DNA from: a virus
IMG/VR virus record: IMGVR_UViG_3300024999_000034
Coordinates: 64,001-128,000 of that record
Length of the DNA: 64,000 nt
Strand: one strand, 5' to 3'
Shown: in pieces, positions 1 to 10,564 of the stretch
Numbering within the stretch: position 1 is the stretch's first letter
How the letters are laid out: each line of letters begins with the position of its first letter
The notes under the pieces: model-generated
The model's input: only the letters and a program-made list of their open reading frames with translations
Database searches by the model: none
Told to the model about the DNA's origin: nothing
Program-made: the position numbers and the translations under genes

Positions 1-1476
1 GACGCTATAATTGAGAAACTAAAATATGCTCATAGTTCATATTATAACCGCGAAGCAAAATGGGATCTCGATTGCATTGAGGTTGATGAAAACTTACAAC
101 ATATTCTAAGAGGAAAAGGATATAGGGTAATTCATGATAACTATTTGACTTTTGAAAGTTTCAAACATTATGACGCTGTGATAATGAACCCTCCATTCAG
201 CACAGGAGACAAATTTTTACTAAAAGCAATTGACATGCAAAAAGATCAAGGTGGAATTATTGTGTCATTGCTCAGTGCTGAGAACCTAAAAAATCCATAT
301 ACCAATATTAGAAAAGACTTAGTACAAAAACTAGAGGATTATAACGCTGAAATCGAATATATTCAAAATGCTTTTATTGATTCAGAACGCTCTACAATGG
401 TTGAGGTAGCACTAATATATGTCAACATTCCAAAAACTGAACAGTCATCTATAATTCTAGAAGGATTAAGGCAACAAGAAGTATTCCGCGAGGAAGTCCA
501 TAACAGCGGTAAAGTGGTCAATGCAGACTTTTTAAAAGGAATAGTCCAGAAGTATAATTTTGAAGTCAAAGCAGGACTAAGATTAATTGCAGAATATGAA
601 GCAATAAAACCATTTATACTATCTTCTTTTAAAGAAGATAGTAGTAACACAATTCTAAATTTAACTGTCAACGATAAAGATGGAAATTGTTCAAAAGAAA
701 ATTCTTATATTAAACAAGTCAGAATGAAATATTGGCTTGCACTTTTCACCAATGAGGAATTTATGAGTCTATTTACATCAAATCTAAGGGAAAAATATAG
801 GTCTAAAATAAGTGAGCTTAAAGACTACGATTTCAGCCTCTATAACATTTACACCATTAAAATTCAGTTAAACAACGAAATGGTAAAAGGGGTAGAGGAT
901 ACTATTTTAAATCTATTTGAGCAATTCAGCCATAAGCACCATTGGCACGATGAAACATCAAAAAATATACACTACTTCAATGGTTGGAAGACTAATAAAG
1001 GTTGGAAAATTAACAAGAAAGTTATTATTCCTTTACATGCTTTTAACGACTATAGTGGAGAGTTTCAACCAACTGATTATAAAATTGTTGATAAACTAAC
1101 CGACACGGAAAAGGTTTTCAATTATCTTGATCAGGGAGCGACAGAGGATGTAAATATTAAAGAAACATTGAAGTTTGCTGAAGGATATGGAGACACAAAG
1201 AAAATACCACTAAAATATTTTACTGTCACATTCTATAAGAAAGGTACTTGCCATATTGAATTTACTAATTTGGATTTGCTACATAAGTTCAATTTGTTCG
1301 GATCACAAAGAAAAGGTTGGTTGCCTCCTTCATATGGAAAATCAAATTATAAAGATATGACAAAGGAAGAAAAGACTATTATTGATGAATTTGAAGGAAA
1401 AGATTCCTATGCTAATGTCATGAGCAACAAAGACTATTTTATAGTCGAGACTTCTAAGTTGTTAATGTTGGCTTAG
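1..1476 (+). CDS. Class I SAM-dependent (N6-adenine-type) methyltransferase with DUF4942-like C-terminal domain, 5' truncated by the window
   Basis: Frame is open from base 1 (DCIEVDENLQHIL, then IMNPPF motif IV); long C-terminal region ends FYKKGTCHIEF...WLPPSYGK. Confidence 0.8.
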   Translation, partial: DAIIEKLKYAHSSYYNREAKWDLDCIEVDENLQHILRGKGYRVIHDNYLTFESFKHYDAVIMNPPFSTGDKFLLKAIDMQKDQGGIIVSLLSAENLKNPYTNIRKDLVQKLEDYNAEIEYIQNAFIDSERSTMVEVALIYVNIPKTEQSSIILEGLRQQEVFREEVHNSGKVVNADFLKGIVQKYNFEVKAGLRLIAEYEAIKPFILSSFKEDSSNTILNLTVNDKDGNCSKENSYIKQVRMKYWLALFTNEEFMSLFTSNLREKYRSKISELKDYDFSLYNIYTIKIQLNNEMVKGVEDTILNLFEQFSHKHHWHDETSKNIHYFNGWKTNKGWKINKKVIIPLHAFNDYSGEFQPTDYKIVDKLTDTEKVFNYLDQGATEDVNIKETLKFAEGYGDTKKIPLKYFTVTFYKKGTCHIEFTNLDLLHKFNLFGSQRKGWLPPSYGKSNYKDMTKEEKTIIDEFEGKDSYANVMSNKDYFIVETSKLLMLA

Positions 1477-1588
1477 ATTTGACAATGCAAAAGGCTGTAT
1501 AAGCTATAACAGCCACACTACAAGGGTTCGAGGGTATCCCTAGAAAATACCCTTTAAATAATTATTTTTAAATTCACTCTATCCCTAC

Positions 1589-1617
1589 TTATAAATTCTA
1601 TGACATCATGATATAAT
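1589..1617 (+). promoter_or_regulatory. sigmaA-like promoter with extended -10 and overlapping inverted repeat
   Basis: TTATAA-17-TATAAT with TGn; atgac(1600)...gtcat(1624) inverted repeat spans the -10. Confidence 0.55.
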
Positions 1618-1773
1618 AAGTCATGGACTAAAGCAACAAATAATTATTTTGATGATGCCTAAGATCCTGCAAACTATAACAATCATAACAATAGGTTGCA
1701 GGTGCTTGGAGTTTATCAAGGTAGGTAAGTATGATAAACTAGAGGAAGAATTAAGGAGGAATACATATTATGG

Positions 1774-2004
1774 ATGAAAAACATGAACTTAAAAGAGCAA
1801 TATGCAGCACGATTAGAGGAAATTTTTAAGAAATATGATCTTGATGGTGGTATGATACATTCGGCTTATGAGAGAGGGATTCAGACAGAAAACTTTTCAT
1901 CATGCTATATTGATTCTAGGGTAAAAAATTCTAAGAAAATAAGCACAGAGCTTGCAATTCTCTTGGATTATTACTTTCAGGATTTTCCAAATGCTAAAAT
2001 GTAA
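1774..2004 (+). CDS. Hypothetical protein
   Basis: ORF with AAGGAGG RBS. Confidence 0.7.
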   Translation: MKNMNLKEQYAARLEEIFKKYDLDGGMIHSAYERGIQTENFSSCYIDSRVKNSKKISTELAILLDYYFQDFPNAKM

Positions 2005-2050
2005 TTCCAACGAAATACGAATTTCTTGTGAAATGAAAGGAAGTTTTAAA

Positions 2051-2197
2051 ATGGATAAATTGACATTAATGTGTAATAATTGCTATGAAGTAGTTGTGAA
2101 TTGTGGCGAAACTCCTATTGATTGTCCTCATTGTGGATCAATAGAAACATGGGTTTTAAAAATCCCTATGAAGGAGAGTGTTAGAAATGCTAAATAA
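2051..2197 (+). CDS. Small zinc-ribbon protein (CxxC...CPHC)
   Basis: ATG at 2051 after AAGGAAG; MDKLTLMCNNC...DCPHCGS. Confidence 0.65.
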   Translation: MDKLTLMCNNCYEVVVNCGETPIDCPHCGSIETWVLKIPMKESVRNAK

Positions 2198-2312
2198 ATC
2201 AAAATTAACCAAACACCGCAAGTATATCAAGAAGCGTAAAAAAGTTTGGATTGCTTTATATGGATTGCCTTATCCGGTTAAACAAAATTATAGTCCTATT
2301 ACTTATCTATAG
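2187..2312 (+). CDS. Small basic hypothetical protein (41 aa, below ORF track cutoff)
   Basis: AAGGAG RBS; MLNKSKLTKHRKYIKKRKKVWIALYGLPYPVKQNYSPITYL. Confidence 0.5.
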   Translation: MLNKSKLTKHRKYIKKRKKVWIALYGLPYPVKQNYSPITYL

Positions 2313-2420
2313 GTCAATCAATGCAGAGTGGTAGAGCGTAATAACAATCAACGCTCTATTAATGCACAGAGCAGGTCACAAGTCCTGCTCAGATGCTAAA
2401 TATTGAGGAGAGTGTACATA

Positions 2421-2882
2421 ATGGCTAAAAGAATTATGAATGAGGTTAAAGTTTTTGTAATACGTTCTCAAAGAGATAGTTCCATCAGAGGCGAACGCGT
2501 TTTCTTAAACGAGCAATACGCAAAAAGTTTAGAATACGATTGTACTTATTTAGGTGGAGAGGATGTATATATAGATTCTATAACATTACCTTTTGTCGGC
2601 AAGCATGTTTCATATGTAGATGTATACAGAGGTTTTGACTATGATTACCCAGGAATGCATGATGCGGTTTATAAATCTGAATTATATCCATCTATTGAAC
2701 AAGCAAAATCAAGCAGAGCATGGAAACAAATCGAACAAGAGGTAGCAAAAGATCCTGAAGAATTCAATGTTTATCAAGATAAAATTTGTTCAAAGGATTA
2801 TGGTGGAGAAGACTGGTATTATGGAGATGTCATGGAAGGAAAGGTTTCAGCAAAAATAAAAAGGCTAAAAGTTATTCATTAA
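2421..2882 (+). CDS. Hypothetical protein
   Basis: GAGGAG RBS then ATG at 2421. Confidence 0.7.
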   Translation: MAKRIMNEVKVFVIRSQRDSSIRGERVFLNEQYAKSLEYDCTYLGGEDVYIDSITLPFVGKHVSYVDVYRGFDYDYPGMHDAVYKSELYPSIEQAKSSRAWKQIEQEVAKDPEEFNVYQDKICSKDYGGEDWYYGDVMEGKVSAKIKRLKVIH

Positions 2883-2986
2883 ACCTTGCAGAAGACAACC
2901 GCAATATAACAATAACAATCATGCGGTTGTAATGCACCAGCGCACGTTCCAAGTCGTGGCAGGATGCTAAAGAGGAGGTTAAATAT

Positions 2987-3172
2987 ATGCATATTAATTT
3001 AGTTCTAAATGATGAACAAACCAATTCAATTAAACAATCTTTATTTTCTGTATTATCTACTGGAGAATTAGCAGGTACTTTGTTTTCTAGAGTTATTACT
3101 GATAAATTCAATACCAATGAAAGCAAAGAACTAAAAACTGCATTAATTAATTTTTTAAGGTCTATTGAGTAA
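2987..3172 (+). CDS. Hypothetical protein
   Basis: GAGGAGG RBS. Confidence 0.65.
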   Translation: MHINLVLNDEQTNSIKQSLFSVLSTGELAGTLFSRVITDKFNTNESKELKTALINFLRSIE

Positions 3173-3220
3173 CTTCCCATGAAACTTACATTTCCAAGGC
3201 TCTAGCATCCACCACAATCC

Positions 3221-3249
3221 TTCCATAACGCACGCACGTATGCTATACT
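3221..3249 (+). promoter_or_regulatory. sigmaA-like promoter upstream of the RHH gene, with GC-rich operator-like spacer
   Basis: TTCCAT-17(aacgcacgcacgtatgc)-TATACT with TGn. Confidence 0.6.
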
Positions 3250-3274
3250 TGTAATAACAGAAGGAGGTATCACG

Positions 3275-3418
3275 ATGCAGGTATCACTAAATACTAGAAT
3301 CGAATTAGAATTACGTCAAAGACTAGACACTCATATCAAAAAAGTGAACCGTCCAATAGCTCAAATAGTTGCAGAAGCTATTGAAAAATATTTAGACGAA
3401 AAGGAGAAAAAAGACTAA
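3275..3418 (+). CDS. Ribbon-helix-helix (CopG/Arc-like) DNA-binding protein, 47 aa, not in the ORF track
   Basis: AAGGAGG RBS; MQVSLNTRIELELRQRLDTHIKKVNRPIAQIVAEAIEKYLDEKEKKD has the alternating beta-strand and two-helix RHH pattern. Confidence 0.75.
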   Translation: MQVSLNTRIELELRQRLDTHIKKVNRPIAQIVAEAIEKYLDEKEKKD

Positions 3419-3425
3419 ATTTTTA

Positions 3426-3454
3426 TTGACGTATGCGTGCAAGCGTGATATATT
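3426..3454 (+). promoter_or_regulatory. sigmaA-like promoter downstream of the RHH gene, sharing ACGTATGC with the upstream promoter
   Basis: TTGACG-17(tatgcgtgcaagcgtga)-TATATT with TGn. Confidence 0.65.
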
Positions 3455-3495
3455 GTTATTAATCTATTTGAATATTATTTATTAATTTAAAGGAA

Positions 3496-5240
3496 GTGCT
3501 AATTGTGTTTAGAGACGAAGAAGAAAAAGTAATGACTTCTAAAATCCAAAAAGTTAAACACACTATTAACAAAATCTTAGAGGGATGCGAAAATTGTCCA
3601 GAAGTCCAATATGGTTGGAGTGGTATGAGTATTGATGTATATTTATCTGGTGGTAGTTATCAAGTCAGAAATATGGTCGAAAGTCATTTCGTATACAGTA
3701 GAAAATATAGAGGGGTTGAAATATCAAATAATGACACCAAGAAACGCATTAGTTTTGTTCTTGCTTAAATCTTAAAAGAGGGAGTTTTTAAAAATGAATG
3801 ATGAGAATTTAAGAAAAGCATGGAAAACATTTGGTTGGGATAAACAAAAACCAGAAGAATTTAAGGCAATTGGAACACCTGAATTTGAAGAAATGCTAAA
3901 AGAATCAAAAATTGAAAAAATGATCAAAAACCTAGATGTCACTGAAAAAGATGCAAATTATATCAAAGATTCTCTAGTAGAAATTCAAATGCATCCTGAA
4001 GAAATCCTGGAAGTCAAAGAATCTGGTCAATTTACTTCAGACGGAGACATAATTTACAAAGTGGTTTTAACCTTAGATGGAGACATGGAAAGATTCGTTT
4101 GTTATATTTGAGTGATTTGTAGATTAAAGCCAGAGATACAGGACTTTAAGCATAACAATAACAGTTCTATATCTCTCCTTTAGTCTATTAATTAGAAAGA
4201 AGGTCGTAAAATGAAAATCAACGTTCTACACAGTCAACAAGATCCATTTTCCCAAACTATTCTATATGCTCCAGAACTTATTATTTCTGAAGCAATCCAC
4301 ATTGCTGAAAAATGTTTTCCTGCTGTAAGATTCTCAGAATTATATCCTCAAGAATATTTCTTCATTCTTGAAAGTGAAATCTGTCAATATGAAGAATATT
4401 CACGATATTCCAAAAAACCATCTATATACTCCTATTTTGGTGGGAAAGAAGAATTAGAAGTAAAATTCCAAGAAATGTATGAGAAGCAAATGAATAAATT
4501 AGGAGAATGTAAAATGGAAGATGCCATACTCATTAAAACCTACAATATTGGAGGCAAAACAACTGAACTACGTTTCACACCAAAAGCCAATACTCAAACA
4601 TGGCCAGGATATGATGACTCATTACCTTTACGCTATGCAGGATATTGGTATGGAACACATGACAACCATGAACACATTGGAAAGACAGAGAAAGAAGCAA
4701 TGGAATATCTTGCAGGAAATTATGGTATTTGATTAATTGAATTTGGATTCAATACACCATAAACCTATAATCTCTATAACAATCGCGGTGTATTGATTCG
4801 AGGTAAAATTAGTTAAATTAAGGAGTGAAGGAAATGAAAAAATGTTTTACTTTTAATATTTTTGCTACCAAAGAAAAGGCAGAAGCGTATGCAAAAGAGA
4901 TTCACAAACGAAAATATACAATTAGTGAGACAACCGATAAAAGCGGTTGGATACTTGCTTATTATCAGTGGAATTGATTTACTTTAAATCAATAATTTTC
5001 TGGGAAATGAAAGGAGTTTTATTAATGGAGAAGACTAAAGAACAGCACTACACAGAAGTAATTAACAATATGCTTCAAAGAGAATTAGAAGATTTGAAGA
5101 CAATTGTTCGAGACGTTGAAAAGGTATTGAAAGCGGATCTAATGAGCATTGACAACAAAGCTATTAAAGTATTAGAGATTATGCAAATGGTAAGATTTAA
5201 TACAGAGATTCTTAGAGAACTTCAACAAATGAAAAGGTAA
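3496..5240 (+). other. Run of small hypothetical CDSs: 3496-3768, 3794-4111, 4211-4732 (internal RBS+ATG suggests two genes), 4834-4977, 5025-5240
   Basis: ORF track plus RBS inspection. Confidence 0.65.
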
Positions 5241-5370
5241 ATAGGGCACTCAAAGCCCTTCCAAGCATCCTTGCAACGCTCATAACAGCATAACACCAAA
5301 CACTTGCAGAGCAAGGGGGTTTAGAAGAGTTCTGAAGACTCTATAAATAAAATCTAAGGAGGAATGTAAA

Positions 5371-5694
5371 ATGTATAAATGTGAATGTGTAAGATGTGGA
5401 TGGACAATAACCAATGATGACAGAGAAGAAATTATTCAAATTATTAAAGAAGGTGGTGGAGAGTATAAGGAATATGAATATTCAGAATGTCCTAGTTGTA
5501 TGCTTGACGGTTTGGATATTAGTCTAATTCCTGAATTAAATTTAAGCGAAAGCTTTAAACCAATTAAGTGTAAAGACTGTAATGAAGAATTTTATATTGC
5601 AGATGGCGAAAGAAAATTCTTTGAATCGAAAGGATTAAACTTACCAGTGAGATGTCATTTTTGTAGAGATAAAAGAAAAAATTATGCACGATAA
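5371..5694 (+). CDS. Double zinc-ribbon protein with C-terminal zf-trcl-like domain
   Basis: CKDCNEEFYIADGERKFFESKGLNLPVRCHFCR matches the CxxC..F...E..F...KG...P.RC..CR pattern; N-terminal CxxC pairs. Confidence 0.7.
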   Translation: MYKCECVRCGWTITNDDREEIIQIIKEGGGEYKEYEYSECPSCMLDGLDISLIPELNLSESFKPIKCKDCNEEFYIADGERKFFESKGLNLPVRCHFCRDKRKNYAR

Positions 5695-5840
5695 ATAAAC
5701 TACACTATCTAAAGAGCTTATGCTCTTTGCTCAGTCCTTGTATAACAAAACTCAATATAACAGTGGGTATACAAGGGTTGACCAAAGGATATAAACCTAA
5801 TCGATATATCCTAAAATAAATAAAGGAGGAGGAAACAATC

Positions 5841-6294
5841 ATGAATTTAAAACTACTCAAGGAATTCAAAGCAATTTGTGCCGAACATCCTCAAGTCCCT
5901 TTTACTATGGATGCTTTCGAAAAATTCATTGCTCATATTTCCAAATAATCTACATATTCTATATCATCTAACCAAATCACTAAATAAATTTATGAAAGAA
6001 GGTATTCCAATGCAAAAACCTAAAAACATGAAAAACTTAACTCATTCTGCTTCAAAATTAAATATCCTATACTTAGGCAAAGAAATTGTTTACACTGGCG
6101 AAGGTCACTCTCTAAAGCCTTACAGGGGAGAAATCATCAACATTGCTTACTACTCAAACCTTGAACCTGTTCCATATGCCGAGATTAAACTTAAAATCTG
6201 GAATAACCGGACAGTAACTAAGATCATGAAGTTATCTGATGTTGTGCTAGTATCCTCTATTAAGAAATCAAAGAAATCCAGAGTAGCAGCTTAA
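5841..6294 (+). other. Two small CDSs, 5841-5948 (35 aa) and 6010-6294; the track ORF 5878-6294 is over-extended
   Basis: GGAGGAGG RBS before 5841; GAAGG before ATG 6010. Confidence 0.55.
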
Positions 6295-6457
6295 TTCAAT
6301 ATCTTTTATATGGACACTGTATGATGTAAAATAATTATAACAATTGATGCCAATACGTTGTACAGTGTAATTCTTAAAGGATATTGTATAAATACAAACT
6401 ATCAATTAAATATCTCATTTTCACTATAACAAATCAAGTTAGGAGGTTGGAGCCACA

Positions 6458-6718
6458 ATGTCAAAATCAAAAGTATCAAAGTCAAATCATGAAATAATTT
6501 ATATCATTGCAAAATCTAAAGGATTCGTATATAATGGAGAAAATATATTTACATATGCAGACTGGTTAGCAAAAGGTTTTAGAGTAATCAAAGGTGAAAG
6601 AGCTTTCTCTACAACCAACTTATGGACCAAAGGAATCAATCGAAGAAAAACTTTGCAAAGTATTTTTACTATTGATCAAGTGGTTAAAATTTATACTAAG
6701 GAGTTGATTATGGTATAA
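6458..6718 (+). CDS. ArdC-N-like ssDNA-binding / antirestriction domain protein
   Basis: TYADWLAKGFRVIKGE...IFTIDQV resembles the ArdC N-terminal motif T(F/Y)xxW...G..V.KGE..F...Q. Confidence 0.6.
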   Translation: MSKSKVSKSNHEIIYIIAKSKGFVYNGENIFTYADWLAKGFRVIKGERAFSTTNLWTKGINRRKTLQSIFTIDQVVKIYTKELIMV

Positions 6719-6890
6719 TTTCCATAACAATTCCACTTTAGAATCACAAGGAGGTTAATATGACATATAAATTCAAGCAAGCAATTGTAAGTCAAGATCA
6801 ATATGTTTATGGTTTTAGATTTTATCTATCAATTGTGAAGTGGTATAGATAATCCATCAAACTAAATTAAATTATTAGGAGGAATTAAAA

Positions 6891-9800
6891 ATGATGCTAA
6901 CTGAAACTAAAATTGACCAAATGAGAAGAGATGTTTCCAGAATGAATCAAGCAACTGAATTCTTTATGTGGTATTCTGAAGAATATACACAAGAATGTAT
7001 TAAAAATCAAACACAACGTCCCAACATTATGATTATTAATGAAAAACCTTATCTAGTTTGTGGCTTAAGTTATTCAATTATGGAAATTCCTAAATGGTGC
7101 TATAGAAATGATACTAAATTTATTGGTGTAATTCCTAAAAGACTTCCTACATATCTAGATTTAGGAAATGATGAATCATATTCTAAATTGTTTGAAGATG
7201 CTTATAACAATTCTCATGTTACCGAACCAGTAAATGGAATTATAGAAAGGTTGTGTAATTGATGGAATTAGGCAATATTGTAAAAACCAAAGATCAAAGA
7301 CAAGGTAAAATTGTTCAAATTCAATTATCTTTAACTAGTAGAAAAATTTATGTAGTAGAATTTACTCAAAATGTTAGTGATGGATTTTTTGAGGAAGAAC
7401 TTGAGTTGGTTGACAATACTACAGTTTGGTATGATGTATTTGAAGCAATACGAGAATTATACAGGGATAAAAGCAAGAAAGCAGTATCGAAGAAAGGAGA
7501 AATTAAGTGGATAGAAAGGACTCTAGACAATATCTCAAAGGATAAGGTTAAAGACCTTGTATATATCAATGTGAATGGATTCGAGCATAATATACTTAGA
7601 GATATTGTGTTAGAATCATTGAACTTCAATATATGGTCTATTGTTGAGTAGAAATGTCATTTATGATATAACAGTTTGAGTTCTGAGGCTCTAGAGGATT
7701 TTTAATTAAATTAATTGGAGGAATAAAAATGAAAATTGATAAAGCAAAGTTTATAGAACAGTGCGTAGAATCAAACGAATGTATAATTGAAGAATTCCAT
7801 GATTATTTTGAAGTAGTCTCTTGTAATTGTAAATACGAAAATTGCGAAGGTTGGCAATTGATAACAAAAGAAAATGCATTTGAAAAATTGCGAGATAAAG
7901 TATTGAATAATAATTTAAAAATCAAGTTAAACAAATTAGGATTTAAATCAGTTTTAATTGAAGAAGATAATCTAAATAATATCTATGTAAAAGTGTGGTT
8001 CAATTTTGAAATGAATGGTAAAATACATTCAGATGGTAGACATGAGTTTTGCGATATTGGAAATTCAGAAGAAACATTGAATTATATTATTAAGTGGATT
8101 GATGATAAGGAAAAAGGATTTAAGGTAATTTTGTAAATTCTATATCCTTCGAATCTATTATTTCCAAGTATTCTAAATTTGAAGGAGCGTGTATTTATTA
8201 TGAAAAGACTATGTATTAACTATGAATTTGAACAAGAGATTCCAAAAGAAATACTCAAGGATAAAAATGTATACACTAGTGAAATCGGCTTTATCATTGT
8301 AAAAACTGAATACAAAAAGAAGTTTGAAAAGAAGTACGATATTCCATTAACAGACTTTTCAGAATGGTTTACGAAAAGATATAGTGAAACTAAAACGATT
8401 CATGAATTAATTTATGAAATATTAGAGGATGAACCACTTCTGAAGGATGAATGGGTAGAGCAAGATTTTACTGATAAATATTCTTCAGAAATGATTAAAT
8501 CAACACTCAATAAATTATCTTTTATGTCTGATGATAAAATTATTGAGTATATTTTAAGTTACAAGTTGGAAGAAGCATTGAAAATTGTTATTAAACCCTT
8601 TATAATGAATGAATCAATCAAAAAATATCAAGAGCGTGTTAAGGGTTTAGAAGATCAATATCGTATTGATTATTATAAGAAAATTACTGACCTTTAAAAA
8701 GCAAGGTTTATTGGAGTTTAAATAAGAAAGGAATTGAATATTAATGGAAATTTTCAAAATCAAAGACATTGATTATTGTTCTAAATGCCCATATAAAAGT
8801 AAATAACTCTGGTTTGAGCCAGTATAAAAAAGTATCTTAAGCTTGGTATGGTTGTTTAACTCTGTTAGGTGGTATAACAAATAACAGGAGGATGATTAAA
8901 ATGACAAATTATGAAAAAATTATGAACATGAGCATTGAAGAATTTGCAAAAACTAGAATCAATTATGATCCTGAGTGGGGCGAATATGGAAATGATATTT
9001 CAGGTAATGTATATGTATACGAAAATGATGCAATTGAAGATGAAATTAAATGGTTAAAACAAAAGGTAGAATAACGATGTCTAATACTATCAAAAGTAAA
9101 TTTTAAATGTATATTTAAAAGAAAGAAGGAATTTAATTATGACAACTGTTAATTTTAAATCTCTTAATTGGAAAATTGATGAGAGAACACTTAGAGGGGA
9201 TGGGAAATATAATACTGAAAAAGCAACAGTAGAAATTCAACTTCCAAATGGGGATTGGAAAATTTTTAGAAGTTATTCTCTTCATCGTGGAGCAAGTGTT
9301 GAAACGGATAATATTTGGAATCTTCTTATTCTTGATGGAAATTATTCCAAACATATTAATGTTGGCACTCTTGACAATGGCAAACAAATTACGGAAGAAG
9401 ACTATCGAGAATATATGCATAATTTATTTAATGGCATGACACAATATATTTTGTCTAGTGATTCAATTAATAATGTGGATGATGATAATAAATATTGTGA
9501 AGTTATCACTGAACATTTTGGAATTAAAAGAGAATATGAAATAACAAGATGTTCTACACTTGAAGAAGCAATAACAAAAGCAATGGAATTTTCTGATAAA
9601 ATTAAAAAGGTTTTTCATAGTCAAGATAGGGTATTTGTAAAAGTTGGTAATCTTTATTATAACCCTAACAAATTATTTTCAAATGGTATAGGTGTTTCTT
9701 GGATTTAATTTAAATTAATCTGTGCTAGTGATTTAATCTCATATCTTATATAACAGAGTCAATATAACAGATGCAGTTATAACATAGATATGGGATTATA

Positions 9801-10035
9801 TTATAGCATTGGTTGCTAAAAATAAAATTAAGGAGAAATTGAAATGAAAAAATTAAATGAGATTCAATTAGAAATCCAAAGACTTGAAAGGGAAAATGAT
9901 ATTAATAGAGACAGGTTAGAATATTTTGAAAAATTAGGGGACATGGATAGAGCAAAAATGTACACAAAAATGATTAGTAATTGTAGTATAAAGATTGATA
10001 CTCTTGGATGGGCAATTGATTACAAATATTTATAG
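6891..10035 (+). other. Run of hypothetical CDSs: 6891-7262, 7259-7651, 7729-8136, 8200-8697, 8901-9074, 9139-9708, 9844-10035
   Basis: ORF track and RBSs. Confidence 0.7.
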
Positions 10036-10500
10036 CTTAAAATGTTATTTTCATTTGGTCATTTTTACCATAACAGCCGACCATATTTATTGCATGGACT
10101 TTTTAAACTATACGTTATTCGTATAGTTAATATCCTAAGTCACAAATTGCGACTTTAAAAAGACGAATATCGTCTAGTAGATTAACGCTACCCAATATTG
10201 GGGAACGTCTTCTAGTAGTTCAGAAAATGCTTCGTATGTATTACGGACGAAGTAAAATAAAATATAAAGGATGTGAATAACAATGACACAAATACAAATT
10301 AAACATTCTTGTTGGTTCTGCCTCAATTTAGACTGCGATCATATAGAATATAAATCATGTCTCAAGAACCATAAACTTAAATTTATTTTCAATGTAAATG
10401 AATGTTCAGATTGGAATGGTTAATACTAATATCCAAGATATGGTATAACAGATTCAATATTATCTTTCCAACTTTGTTTTTATATTTGATTTAAAAACTA

Positions 10501-10528
10501 TTGCAATTTATTCCAAATGTGATAAGAT
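10501..10528 (+). promoter_or_regulatory. Promoter TTGCAA-16-TAAGAT with TGn
   Basis: Same -35/-10 type as the promoter at 16582. Confidence 0.5.
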
Positions 10529-10564
10529 GTAACTAAGAAATAAATATTTAAGGAGTGGTACATA

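Noticed and set aside
4211-4732. Novel two-domain fusion proteins (also 31665-32147)
   Set aside because: An internal RBS plus ATG suggests adjacent genes that happen to be in frame or have lost a stop codon; no evidence of a functional fusion
10160-10255. Possible self-cleaving ribozyme
   Set aside because: No hammerhead core (CUGAUGA...GAAA) on either strand and no recognisable pistol or twister consensus by eye; kept only as a structured-region candidate
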